A stretch of 64,000 bases of DNA from an uncultured Candidatus Saccharibacteria bacterium (GTDB lineage: Bacteria; Patescibacteriota; Minisyncoccia; Phycocordibacterales; UBA6065). The notes beneath the pieces are model-generated. The model did no database searches, had not been told where the DNA came from, and worked only from the letters and a program-made list of their open reading frames with translations. The stretch spans positions 63,633-127,632 of the forward strand of contig CAZBVG010000004.1 of the NCBI GenBank assembly GCA_964495425.1, in the 5' to 3' direction. The position numbers were made by a program, and so were the translations under genes. Of the stretch, positions 28,398 to 36,742 are shown one piece after another. Each line of letters starts with the position of its first letter. The stretch's first letter is position 1.

Positions 28398-29288
28398 TCA
28401 GTTTTTCATCATCCATTTATAGAGGGCTTGTTTTTCCTCCACCGAACCTCTTTTTCTGTCGATATAAGCAAACCCTACTCCTAGTTGGTAGATAGTTTGT
28501 GTATACCCCACTAAACCATAATTGATCTTTGGTCCCAAGATGATTTTATCGAAATACTCCATGTCCTCGACAGTTATTGATGCAACCGCATGCTTGAAGT
28601 CGCCAAGTTTCTTTCTATCGAGAATTTGATCGATTCGAGTCTTGTATTCAGGATATGCTCGTAACATGATGGCATTTCCTACTTCATAAGCCTGTATTTC
28701 AATCTTCGCTTCCTCTGTCATGTCATTACCTAATAAATGTTGAATTGCATGGCAACATTCGTGATAAATAAAACATGCAAACAAGGCGGACGGTATCTCC
28801 AAACAAGGAATAAAGATTGTATTAGAGCGGGGGTTATACGAAAACATTGTATCGACCTTACTCGCCTTAATTTTGTCCGCAACATCAGTCGCCATAAGTA
28901 TAATTGCTGGACTTGAACCCTTACGAACCACTGTCGACCTTATCTCAAGTCCGTCACTGTGTCTTATTGCGGGAGCATTCGTAACACTCCATTCAGCTTT
29001 TTCTAGGTGTTTGTATATTCTTTGAGTTTCTGAATTTGTATTTTCATATTTAGCCGCGATGGCCGAGAGCATGGAAACTACTTGCTCGATGTGTTGTTTG
29101 TATTTAGCGGCATCTTCGCTTTTAGTGAGGTACCAACGTTCTGGAGAATCGTCTTTATCTATCATTACGGAATATTTCCGCATGTTTTCCTTCAACGACT
29201 CTTCTGGAGAAGATTTTTTTGCAGTAGTGAGGACTAAACCTACCCCGATTGTAGTCAGGACCAAGAGGACTAACAGTGCTTTTTTCAT
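28398..29288 (-). CDS. Secreted putative zinc metalloprotease-like protein (HExxH)
   Basis: N-terminal signal/TM. The single HECCH motif (YHECCHAIQH) has a downstream Glu. No family assigned. Confidence 0.4.
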   Translation of the reverse strand: MKKALLVLLVLTTIGVGLVLTTAKKSSPEESLKENMRKYSVMIDKDDSPERWYLTKSEDAAKYKQHIEQVVSMLSAIAAKYENTNSETQRIYKHLEKAEWSVTNAPAIRHSDGLEIRSTVVRKGSSPAIILMATDVADKIKASKVDTMFSYNPRSNTIFIPCLEIPSALFACFIYHECCHAIQHLLGNDMTEEAKIEIQAYEVGNAIMLRAYPEYKTRIDQILDRKKLGDFKHAVASITVEDMEYFDKIILGPKINYGLVGYTQTIYQLGVGFAYIDRKRGSVEEKQALYKWMMKN

Positions 29289-29375
29289 GGAAAGATCTTG
29301 AATTTCAAAACCTTTATATTTCTACATTAGAAAATGAAAAAAGTCAATTAACTTATTTCAAATATCTGGACTCGC

Positions 29376-30323
29376 TTGTCTGCTATAATATTGTGCGACA
29401 TGGCATCTCTTAAAGATTTAAAAACACAATTTCTTGAATACACCGAGATAGAAAAAGGTCGTAGCTTAAATACGGTCCAGAATTATGACCGTTATCTTAC
29501 CCGTTTCCTGGCTTTTCTTAAAAAAGATTTCCCTACAGATATAACAGACTCATCGGTGCGTGAATTTCGCCTCTGGCTTAACCGTCAGGCTACGGGAAAT
29601 AACAAAAAGACGGGAGATACGCTCAAAAAGAAGACGCAAAACTATTATTTGATTGCTTTGCGAGCGTTTTTGAAATATTTGGCGCGGCAAAATGTAAAAT
29701 CGATGCCGCCAGAGCGAATTGAACTTGCAAAAGTTGGCGAACGACATATTGAGTTCATGTCGAATGAAGAATTGCATCGACTTCTTGAATCGCCCAAGGG
29801 AAATGATCTTAAATCGCTGCGCGATCGGGCAATTTTGCAAATGCTTTTCTCGACAGGACTTCGTGTCTCCGAGCTCTGTTCCCTCTCGAGAGATATTGAT
29901 CTGTCTGCGGATGAAATCTCTATTAGAGGAAAAGGTGACAAGGTGCGAGTGGTTTTCCTCTCGGACGAGGCAAAAAAAGCTACGAAGGCTTATGTAGATA
30001 AGAGAGATGATGTCGACGATTCGCTTTTTGTGAAGGTAGCAGTAGAAACACGTAACAAGGGCGAATCAATGCCACTTACACGTCGTTCTGTAGAACGAAT
30101 TGTGAAACACTACGCAACCAAGGCCGGCATTATGTCGAAAAAGGTTACACCGCACGTTATTCGTCACTCATTTGCAACAGATTTACTCTCAAACGGTGCG
30201 GATTTGCGCTCAGTACAGGCATTACTCGGCCATGCAAACATTGGAACAACACAGATATATACTCACGTAACGGATAAACATCTGCGGAATATTCACAAAC
30301 AGTTTCACAATAAGAAGAAGTAA
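29376..30323 (+). CDS. Tyrosine recombinase XerC/XerD family
   Basis: C-terminal catalytic region HVIRHSFATDLL...LGHANIGTTQIYTHV with R..H..R..Y residues. Confidence 0.85.
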   Translation: MSAIILCDMASLKDLKTQFLEYTEIEKGRSLNTVQNYDRYLTRFLAFLKKDFPTDITDSSVREFRLWLNRQATGNNKKTGDTLKKKTQNYYLIALRAFLKYLARQNVKSMPPERIELAKVGERHIEFMSNEELHRLLESPKGNDLKSLRDRAILQMLFSTGLRVSELCSLSRDIDLSADEISIRGKGDKVRVVFLSDEAKKATKAYVDKRDDVDDSLFVKVAVETRNKGESMPLTRRSVERIVKHYATKAGIMSKKVTPHVIRHSFATDLLSNGADLRSVQALLGHANIGTTQIYTHVTDKHLRNIHKQFHNKKK

Positions 30324-30362
30324 AAGCGGACGAAGAGGGTCCGCTTTTGTTATAGTAGTTTC

Positions 30363-31160
30363 ATGAAAATCATTTCGTGGAACGTAAACGGTATACGAGC
30401 GGTGCATAAAAAGGGACTTTTTCTCCCTTTTATTGATAAATACAAGCCTGACATTCTTTGTTTACAAGAAACCAAGGCAGAACAAGGTCAGGCAGAGATT
30501 GATCTTAAGCTGTATGAGGAGTATTGGAATTCCGCTACCAAAAAGGGTTATTCAGGTACCGCTATTTTTACCAAAGAAAAGCCGATTGCGGTGTTGAACG
30601 GTATTCCAGAGCATATTGCTGAAAAATATGGCTTAAAAGCTGATGATTATGGCGATCCGCGTACTGAAGGGCGTGTTATTGCAGCTGAATTTAAGGATTT
30701 CTATGTAGTTACCGTCTATACGCCCAACGCAAAAGATGATTTGACTCGTGTTTCCCTTCGCCATAAGCAGTGGGATCCCGCTTTTTTGGCATATTGTAAG
30801 GAGCTTGATAAGAAAAAGCCGGTTATTTTCTGCGGAGACCTCAATGTTGCTCATACTCCTGATGATTTGGCTCGACCAAAGGAGAATGAAGGCATGAAAG
30901 GTTTCACCGAGGAAGAGCGTGAAGGATTCGATAACATCATCAAGGCAGGATTCGTAGATTCATTTAGATTATTTAAAAAAGGAAATGGTTTTTATACATG
31001 GTGGTCGCACTTTGCAAATGCACGCGCGAGAAATGTTGGTTGGAGAATTGATTACATTTTAGTGTCAAAAAAATTAGAGAAAAAAATAAAATCTGCGGAG
31101 ATTTTGCCGGAAGTGTTAGGATCTGATCATTGTCCCGTTTCTCTAGAAATCGCTTTGTAG
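30363..31160 (+). CDS. xth: Exodeoxyribonuclease III (AP endonuclease)
   Basis: MKIISWNVNGIRA, the QETK motif, and a C-terminal SDHCPV. Confidence 0.9.
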   Translation: MKIISWNVNGIRAVHKKGLFLPFIDKYKPDILCLQETKAEQGQAEIDLKLYEEYWNSATKKGYSGTAIFTKEKPIAVLNGIPEHIAEKYGLKADDYGDPRTEGRVIAAEFKDFYVVTVYTPNAKDDLTRVSLRHKQWDPAFLAYCKELDKKKPVIFCGDLNVAHTPDDLARPKENEGMKGFTEEEREGFDNIIKAGFVDSFRLFKKGNGFYTWWSHFANARARNVGWRIDYILVSKKLEKKIKSAEILPEVLGSDHCPVSLEIAL

Positions 31161-31171
31161 AGCCACGAAAA

Positions 31172-31202
31172 GAATGTCCTTTATAAAGGACATTTTTATT
31201 TT
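31172..31202. terminator. Terminator after xth
   Basis: aatgtcctttataaaggacatt is a perfect hairpin followed by a T-run. Confidence 0.6.
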
Positions 31203-31234
31203 GAAAATAAATGTAGTTATCCACACATAATGTC

Positions 31235-31625
31235 CTTTACATGTCTTTTATGCTTGATACACTATCTGAGGAAGCGACGGGACTGATCTGCTTCGTGCAG
31301 AGAGGAGCTTCGAAGAATGGTTCTTTACACATAAGTCGGTAATCGTTTAAGGTTTGGTCTCGGGTATCGGGAAGTGGTGCTCAACGTTGTGTGCTCATCA
31401 TTAAGAAGGATGAACATAGATCGTTGAGTGTCATTTAGCCGGCACTCAACTTGGTCCTCAAAGACCTACATCTGAAAAGAGAGCTCCAGCGAGCACAGAT
31501 GTCGCCCCATTTGATAGACGTTTATTTTTTTAAATCGCGTCTCCATCGTGGGATCACGCTCTGTACTCACTAAGCACCCTTTTCTAACCGTCGCGCACTC
31601 GCGGCGGTTTATTGTTTTCAAAATA
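31235..31625 (+). ncRNA. Candidate structured ncRNA of unassigned family; strand tentative
   Basis: ~390 bp ORF-free stretch between convergent genes, with many local helices. One example is CUCAACG...CGUUGAG. It is bounded by the xth terminator and by a plus-strand terminator ccgtcgcgcactcgcggcggtttattgtttt at 31589-31620. Confidence 0.3.
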
Positions 31626-31630
31626 CTAAA

Positions 31631-31652
31631 AAATGGCTCAGTTGAGCCATTT
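31631..31652. terminator. Bidirectional terminator at the cca 3' end
   Basis: aatggctcagttgagccatt flanked by A and T runs. Confidence 0.6.
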
Positions 31653-31655
31653 TTT

Positions 31656-33161
31656 CTATTTTACATTATGCTTTCCACGTATTTTTGCGAGCTCTTCCTC
31701 CTCGGCTTGCGCCTTCTTTTCCTTCCCTATCGCTGCTAGCTTGTTGAGCTCTACATCACTGAGTGCCTGTAACGCGACAACTCGGCCGGTAAGGTATTCC
31801 TTGGTATTGAGTTTCGGATCCTCGAGTACTTCTTCCATCAAGGCATTCAGTATAAGTCCAACTTTTGGCCCGGGAGACATTTTTGTTACCTCCATGACTT
31901 CTTTGCCATCGATTTTAAGCATTCCTACGCTTATAGGATCGCGCAATGCCTCCTCAATCATGGATTTATACTTTCGGAGGCGGTACGGGCTCTCCTTGGG
32001 CCTTCCAGTGCCTATTCGGTCACATATTCGTACGCTCATGAGGTCCCAAATGTGCTCCTTTCCTACATTTGCAATCATGCGACGAACTGCTGAGAGTGTA
32101 ATTTGTTCGGTATCTGAGAAAAACATGTGCCAGCGGACAAGTTTCACAACAATGTCCACTGTTTTTCCTGGAAAATTGAGGTTTTTCAACACTTTTTCGG
32201 TCATTCGCGCTCCAACTACCTCATGGCCGTAAAACGTGTATTGGTTGGTTTCACGTGAAAACCTGCGGGTTGCCGGCTTACCTATATCATGAAATAGAGC
32301 CGCAAGACGGATCTCGAGCGGATATTTTTTGTCTGCAGCATGTTGAAGGCTACGAAGAAGATGCTCCCATACATCATATGAGTGGGCCTGTGTCTGCTCT
32401 ACCCCATATCCCTCCTCAAGTTCCTTTGCGATAAAAGGAATAACGCCGAGTTCTCTGCAGAGTACGAGGGCGTTCATAGGCGCATCTGACATGAGAATTC
32501 GTACAAATTCATCACGAATTCGCTCCTTGGCTATGTGTTCAAGGAGTTTTGAGTGAGTTTTGAGGGCCTCAAGGGTGCTTTTTTCGATAGCGAAATCAAG
32601 TTCTGCGGCTATGCGAATAGCGCGCATGATACGTAAAGCGTCTTCTGAAAGGCGCTCATGCGCATCCCCTACGGTGCGGATAACCCCCTCTTTGAGGTCC
32701 TTTTCTCCCTCAAAGAGATCGGTAATGTTTCCCGTGAAACCACCATTTTTAGCCGTTTTTTCGATTTTGAGAGCTAGAGCGTTAATGGTGAAGTCCCTTC
32801 GTTTCAAGTCATCCTCTATTTTGGTGCTAAAGGACACCTTATCTGGGCGTCTTTTATCCGTATAGTCTGATTCAACACGGAATGGTGTCACCTCAATTAC
32901 TTTGAGGCGTTCATCTTTGGCTTCATCGAATACTACTCCCACGGTTCCAAATGAGTTTTCGTAAAAGGTGTGCGTAAAGGTGGCTTGAATCTGTTCGGGT
33001 GTGGCGTCTGTTGTGACGTCCCAATCCTTCGGTTCTCGGCCTAGCAAAAGATCACGCACGCATCCCCCTACTAAATATGCCTGGAAGCCAGCTTTTTCGA
33101 GCTCGATGGTTACATGTGAAACTTCGGATGGAATATCAAGCGTGAGAGGTTTTTTTGACAT
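31656..33161 (-). CDS. cca: CCA-adding tRNA nucleotidyltransferase with HD domain
   Basis: The Pol-beta NT motif LVGGCVRDLLLGREPKDWD and the HD motif LFHDIGKP. Confidence 0.85.
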   Translation of the reverse strand: MSKKPLTLDIPSEVSHVTIELEKAGFQAYLVGGCVRDLLLGREPKDWDVTTDATPEQIQATFTHTFYENSFGTVGVVFDEAKDERLKVIEVTPFRVESDYTDKRRPDKVSFSTKIEDDLKRRDFTINALALKIEKTAKNGGFTGNITDLFEGEKDLKEGVIRTVGDAHERLSEDALRIMRAIRIAAELDFAIEKSTLEALKTHSKLLEHIAKERIRDEFVRILMSDAPMNALVLCRELGVIPFIAKELEEGYGVEQTQAHSYDVWEHLLRSLQHAADKKYPLEIRLAALFHDIGKPATRRFSRETNQYTFYGHEVVGARMTEKVLKNLNFPGKTVDIVVKLVRWHMFFSDTEQITLSAVRRMIANVGKEHIWDLMSVRICDRIGTGRPKESPYRLRKYKSMIEEALRDPISVGMLKIDGKEVMEVTKMSPGPKVGLILNALMEEVLEDPKLNTKEYLTGRVVALQALSDVELNKLAAIGKEKKAQAEEEELAKIRGKHNVK

Positions 33162-33181
33162 GAAACTATTGTACTTCTAAT

Positions 33182-33919
33182 GTGATTTTTTGGGAAATTA
33201 GAACCATGCTATACTATCGTATAAATATGAAAGCACGGTTGGAAGATAGAAATAAAGCCATAGAATTACGTCGTAAGGGTCTAAGCTACAAGGAGATCCA
33301 AACTTTCGTGAGGGTTTCTAAAGGGCTACTTTCAATGTGGCTTTCGGATCTCGAACTGAGTCCGGCAGAAGAAAAACAGCTTGAAAGTAAAATTCTTGAA
33401 CGAAAAAAGAGGGGCAGGCTCAATTCAAAGATTTCAAATCAAACCAGACGACTTGAACGGGAACGAAGAACACTTAAAGAAGCCGAAATCATCTTTAAGA
33501 AGAGAAAAGGGGATCCGCAGTTTCTTATGGGAATTGCACTTTTTTGGGCACACGGCTCAAAGTCATCGTCAAATTTCAATTTTATGAGCACTGATACGGA
33601 TATGATTTTTATTATGTTTGCTTGGGTACAAAAGTATTTATCTGTAGGGAAGGATAGGGTAAGGGTGAGAATATGTGTACCAGAGGACCAGCCAACGCAG
33701 GCATTTGTCGGTTTTTGGGCTAAAAACCTGGGTATTTCTGAGAATTCTATCGCCGTTTCACGTGAAAAGACCCGTAAAACAAAGCACATCACTAACCCTT
33801 ATTACAAAGGATGTGTTCGTTTGACGGTAGTAGGGGTCACATATAAGCGTCTCATGGCAACGTGGCAGAGGCTCTATATTGATCTCTATGGAAAGGCTCT
33901 ACTAAGCCACAAAGTGTAA
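33182..33919 (+). CDS. HTH-containing hypothetical protein, possibly a degenerate LAGLIDADG-like fold
   Basis: The likely start is the third Met (MKARLEDR, ~33227). It has an N-terminal HTH (LSYKEIQTFVRVSKGLLSMWL). Then LMGIALFWAHGSKSSSNFNF...MIFIMFAWVQKYLSVG has LAGLIDADG-like spacing without the acidic residues. Weak. Confidence 0.4.
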   Translation: MIFWEIRTMLYYRINMKARLEDRNKAIELRRKGLSYKEIQTFVRVSKGLLSMWLSDLELSPAEEKQLESKILERKKRGRLNSKISNQTRRLERERRTLKEAEIIFKKRKGDPQFLMGIALFWAHGSKSSSNFNFMSTDTDMIFIMFAWVQKYLSVGKDRVRVRICVPEDQPTQAFVGFWAKNLGISENSIAVSREKTRKTKHITNPYYKGCVRLTVVGVTYKRLMATWQRLYIDLYGKALLSHKV

Positions 33920-33922
33920 AAT

Positions 33923-33997
33923 TGGTGCTTCCGGAGGGATTCGAACCCCCAACAACGGTTCCGAAGACCGGTATGATATCCATTTCACCACGGAAGC
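33923..33997 (-). tRNA. tRNA-Arg (anticodon TCG), CCA encoded
   Basis: Hand-folded: acceptor GCTTCCG/CGGAAGC, anticodon stem ccggt/accgt, loop cttcgga, T-arm ggggg-ttcgaat-ccctc, 3' ACCA. Confidence 0.85.
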
Positions 33998-34336
33998 GAT
34001 GTGGTAATAATACGTGAAAATCAATATAAATCAAAAGTGTGATAGGATTTTGGTTAGAAATTCATTATGAATCCCATATCACGACAAGGTACAGTTGATG
34101 GCTTTGTGTTGTTCACACACCAACAACCCTTTGGTACGAGGCCCTGTGCGTGCGATAGCGCGAAAGGCCTTAAATCAGATACTGTAGCGGGGGAGTATGA
34201 AATTAATCTCGATACCGGCGAATTTGCAAGCAATGGGCCTACTTCACTAAAGAAGGACCCACCATCACCCAAGTAAAGGGTGATTTTTTCTTTCCATTTG
34301 GAAAATATTGATTGTTGGTGTAGTATTTTCGCTATC

Positions 34337-34407
34337 GCGGGTATCGTTTAGTGGTAGGACACGTCCTTGCCAAGGATGAGGTGAGAGTTCGATTCTCTCT
34401 ACCCGCA
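34337..34407 (+). tRNA. tRNA-Gly (anticodon GCC)
   Basis: Acceptor GCGGGTA/TACCCGC, anticodon stem-loop CGTCC-TTGCCAA-GGATG, T-arm GAGAG-TTCGATT-CTCTC. Confidence 0.85.
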
Positions 34408-34439
34408 CATATGCAAAAGGCGCCAAGGGGCGCTTTTTG

Positions 34440-34754
34440 CTTTCAAGGCTGTGCTGTCTTTAACAATGAGTGTCTTTTGAAACATTTTTTATCTCTCGTA
34501 CGTATAAAATAATTCTAAAAAAGTGAATAGAAATAAAGGTATTTTATAAAACTGTGGATAACTCTGTGGATTGTGTTTAAAAGACAGGTTTTTGGACAAG
34601 GCAAATTCAGTGTCTTTTGTCCTTAGTGTCGCTTAATGAAGCCATGTATTGACATTTTGCTATTAAAACTTAGAAATCCACAGTTTTATGCCCAAGAACT
34701 CCTTAGGTGTGGGTTCTTTAGGTTATTTTTATCTCTTTTTGCCATGCTGTAGCG
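34440..34754. promoter_or_regulatory. AT-rich region with DnaA boxes upstream of the yraN-like gene
   Basis: Perfect TGTGGATAA at 34554-34562, adjacent TGTGGATTG at 34566-34574, and an ATCCACAG box at 34675-34682. Confidence 0.4.
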
Positions 34755-35147
34755 ATGAAAACATTCACTTCACCATCTCAAAAGATAGGGAAAATAGGTG
34801 AAGATGTGGGTTGCACATATCTTGTATCAAAAGGATATCGTGTTATTGAACGAAATTTCACAAGGAAGTGGGGAGAAATAGATATCATTGCTGAAAAGGA
34901 CGGAGTGGTTCATTTTGTAGAGGTAAAAAGTGTTACGGAGGATGCGTATGGTGATCCAGGGTCAGAAAAGATGAGGCCGGAAGATCAATTACATGCAGTA
35001 AAACAGAAATGTCTTATACGAACTATCGAGTCCTATATGGACAAGCATCCGGTTTCAAGGTGGCAGGTCGATCTTCTGTGTGTTTTTTTGAACATGAGGC
35101 ATAGGAGTGCGAGGGTCAAAGTGCTGCCTGATGTTATCCTGGGGTAG
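34755..35147 (+). CDS. YraN-family (UPF0102) endonuclease-like protein
   Basis: GEDVGCTYLVSKGYRVIERNF..GEIDIIA..VVHFVEVK is typical of YraN. Confidence 0.75.
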   Translation: MKTFTSPSQKIGKIGEDVGCTYLVSKGYRVIERNFTRKWGEIDIIAEKDGVVHFVEVKSVTEDAYGDPGSEKMRPEDQLHAVKQKCLIRTIESYMDKHPVSRWQVDLLCVFLNMRHRSARVKVLPDVILG

Positions 35148-35204
35148 TTGCTGAGTAATTAGATTTTTCCGCTTAGTGTGCTAGTATGTGAAAGTTCTAA
35201 ATAT

Positions 35205-35277
35205 CGGGGCGTGGTGTAACGGCTAACATGCATGACTTGGGATCATGTGACTCTGGGTTCGAATCCCAGCGCCCCGA
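35205..35277 (+). tRNA. tRNA-Pro (anticodon TGG)
   Basis: Acceptor CGGGGCG/CGCCCCG, anticodon stem-loop CATGA-CTTGGGA-TCATG, T-arm CTGGG-TTCGAAT-CCCAG. Confidence 0.85.
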
Positions 35278-35293
35278 CACGTGACGGTACCTT

Positions 35294-35599
35294 ATGTCTA
35301 AAAAGTTTACGAGAACAATTGAGGATTTTGTCTGTGAGCACTGCGGCACAGAGATACAAGGTGATGGTTATACAAACCATTGCTCAAAATGTTTGTATTC
35401 AAAACATGTAGATAAGAATCCTGGAGACAGGGAAGAGACGTGTGGTGGGCTCATGGAACCGATTTCAGCAGAAAAAGTGGGAAATGAATATAAAATTACG
35501 CAGAAATGTTTGAAATGTGGTTTTAAGCGCCGTGATCATTTGCGTGATGGCGATAATTTCGATGCCTTTTTAGGAATTTTTAAAAAAATTCCAGCCTAG
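35294..35599 (+). CDS. RNHCP-domain zinc-ribbon protein
   Basis: The CEHCG...YTNHCSKC motif (RNHCP signature) plus a second C..C pair. Confidence 0.55.
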   Translation: MSKKFTRTIEDFVCEHCGTEIQGDGYTNHCSKCLYSKHVDKNPGDREETCGGLMEPISAEKVGNEYKITQKCLKCGFKRRDHLRDGDNFDAFLGIFKKIPA

Positions 35600-35906
35600 A
35601 TTCCGTCAAGAATCTTTTGGTGAGCACCAAGGTTATTCAATTGACATTTATATGAAAAATGGTGAATTCGGCAGGTTTTTGAAAGAAATTTCGAGCATTT
35701 TGGCTCAAATCTGAGGATAAGGGCTCGGAAAAATAATAAAGTCACTAAAAATGATCCACGTCAATTTTTAGAGAGGGTTTTGACATGATGTCTACACCCA
35801 TGATTCTTTATTTTTTCTTGAAAATACAGGTCTATACTTTATGACGAAAGGGAGGACAGTACTCGTCTTTCATAAAGGTTTATTATAAGAACTAATGTGA
35901 AATAAT

Positions 35907-35981
35907 ATGGCAGATACACCTAAGAAACCAGCTGCGCCAAAGAAGCCACAGCCAGCTACACCAGTTCCTCCAACTGCGTAA
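35907..35981 (+). CDS. Candidate 24-aa Lys/Pro-rich small ORF
   Basis: MADTPKKPAAPKKPQPATPVPPTA. A rho-independent terminator follows at 35990-36016. No convincing SD sequence. Speculative. Confidence 0.2.
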   Translation: MADTPKKPAAPKKPQPATPVPPTA

Positions 35982-35989
35982 GCTCAACA

Positions 35990-36016
35990 AAACTCCGGAT
36001 TATCTCCGGAGTTTTG
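35990..36016. terminator. Terminator after the small ORF
   Basis: actccggattatctccggagt hairpin followed by TTTT. Confidence 0.55.
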
Positions 36017-36060
36017 ATTTAGAGGGAAGTATGCTACATTGATTCTCGTCTCGATCATTT

Positions 36061-36133
36061 GCGGGTGTAGTATAACGGCTCATTATGCTTGCCTTCCAAG
36101 CAAGATACGCGGGTTCGACTCCCGCCACCCGCA
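36061..36133 (+). tRNA. tRNA-Gly (anticodon TCC)
   Basis: Acceptor GCGGGTG/CACCCGC, anticodon stem-loop CTTGC-CTTCCAA-GCAAG, T-arm GCGGG-TTCGACT-CCCGC. Confidence 0.8.
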
Positions 36134-36204
36134 CAACAAGAAAGTAACCAGGAAACATAAAAACCGCATTACTGCGGTTTTTATGTTAGTGCTCGGGCAG
36201 TTAA

Positions 36205-36477
36205 TTACTTAACTGCATCCTTCAAAGCTTTTGCAGCTCTGAACTTAGGCACTTTCATCGCTGGAACTGATATTGTTTCTCCAGTTCGAGGATTTCGAGC
36301 CTGTCGAGCCTTTCGGGTCTTCACAGAGAAGATACCGAGGCCGGCGATAGATACTTCATCGCCCTTCTTGAGGCCAGCTACGATTGAGTCGAATACTTTG
36401 TCGACAACCTGCTCTGCCTGCACTTTAGTGGTGTTGAGAACACCGTGAACTGCTTCTACGATTGCTGCTTTGTTCAT
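36205..36477 (-). CDS. hup: HU-family DNA-binding protein
   Basis: 90 aa with MNKAAIVEAV...GLGIFSV..R.AR.ARNPRTGE. Confidence 0.9.
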   Translation of the reverse strand: MNKAAIVEAVHGVLNTTKVQAEQVVDKVFDSIVAGLKKGDEVSIAGLGIFSVKTRKARQARNPRTGETISVPAMKVPKFRAAKALKDAVK

Positions 36478-36742
36478 CTTATTGATTGTTACCTTATAAA
36501 GACTTACTTACAGAACCTATTAAATCACTTTACATAAAAACGATTGGACGCTTTAGATAAAGTAGTCTAGTGAGTTCTATATAAGAGCGGTACCGAAAGG
36601 TAATGGTCTATATAAAGTATATATGAAGCCATTTATTAGGCAAATGATGAAAATATGGCTCTGTTGACAACTTTTTTCGAATTTATGGGTAAGCAATATA
36701 AAACGGCTCTATTGAGCCGTTTTAAAGTATTATGCTGAGTGT

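Noticed and set aside
29376-30323. Tyrosine recombinase as the integrase of a mobile element
   Set aside because: It has Xer-like length and motifs, with no flanking repeats, phage or transposon genes visible. It is more likely the chromosome-dimer resolvase.
31235-31625. tmRNA or RNase P RNA assignment for the intergenic structured region
   Set aside because: I could not find a G-U acceptor stem with a UCCACCA 3' end, a T-arm GGUUCGA motif or a tag-reading frame (tmRNA). I could not find the P4 sequences (GGAAAGUCCGG / ACAGAA.CCGGCUUA) either. It is kept only as an unassigned ncRNA candidate.
31633-32232. 199-aa plus-strand ORF overlapping cca
   Set aside because: It is antisense to a well-supported CCA-adding enzyme gene and has a Ser-rich low-complexity translation.
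34054-34276. Either of the two overlapping 69-72 aa ORFs as real genes
   Set aside because: They are mutually antisense over the same GC-rich segment, with no RBS and no recognisable protein features. They were interpreted as ncRNA shadow ORFs and reported as a finding instead.
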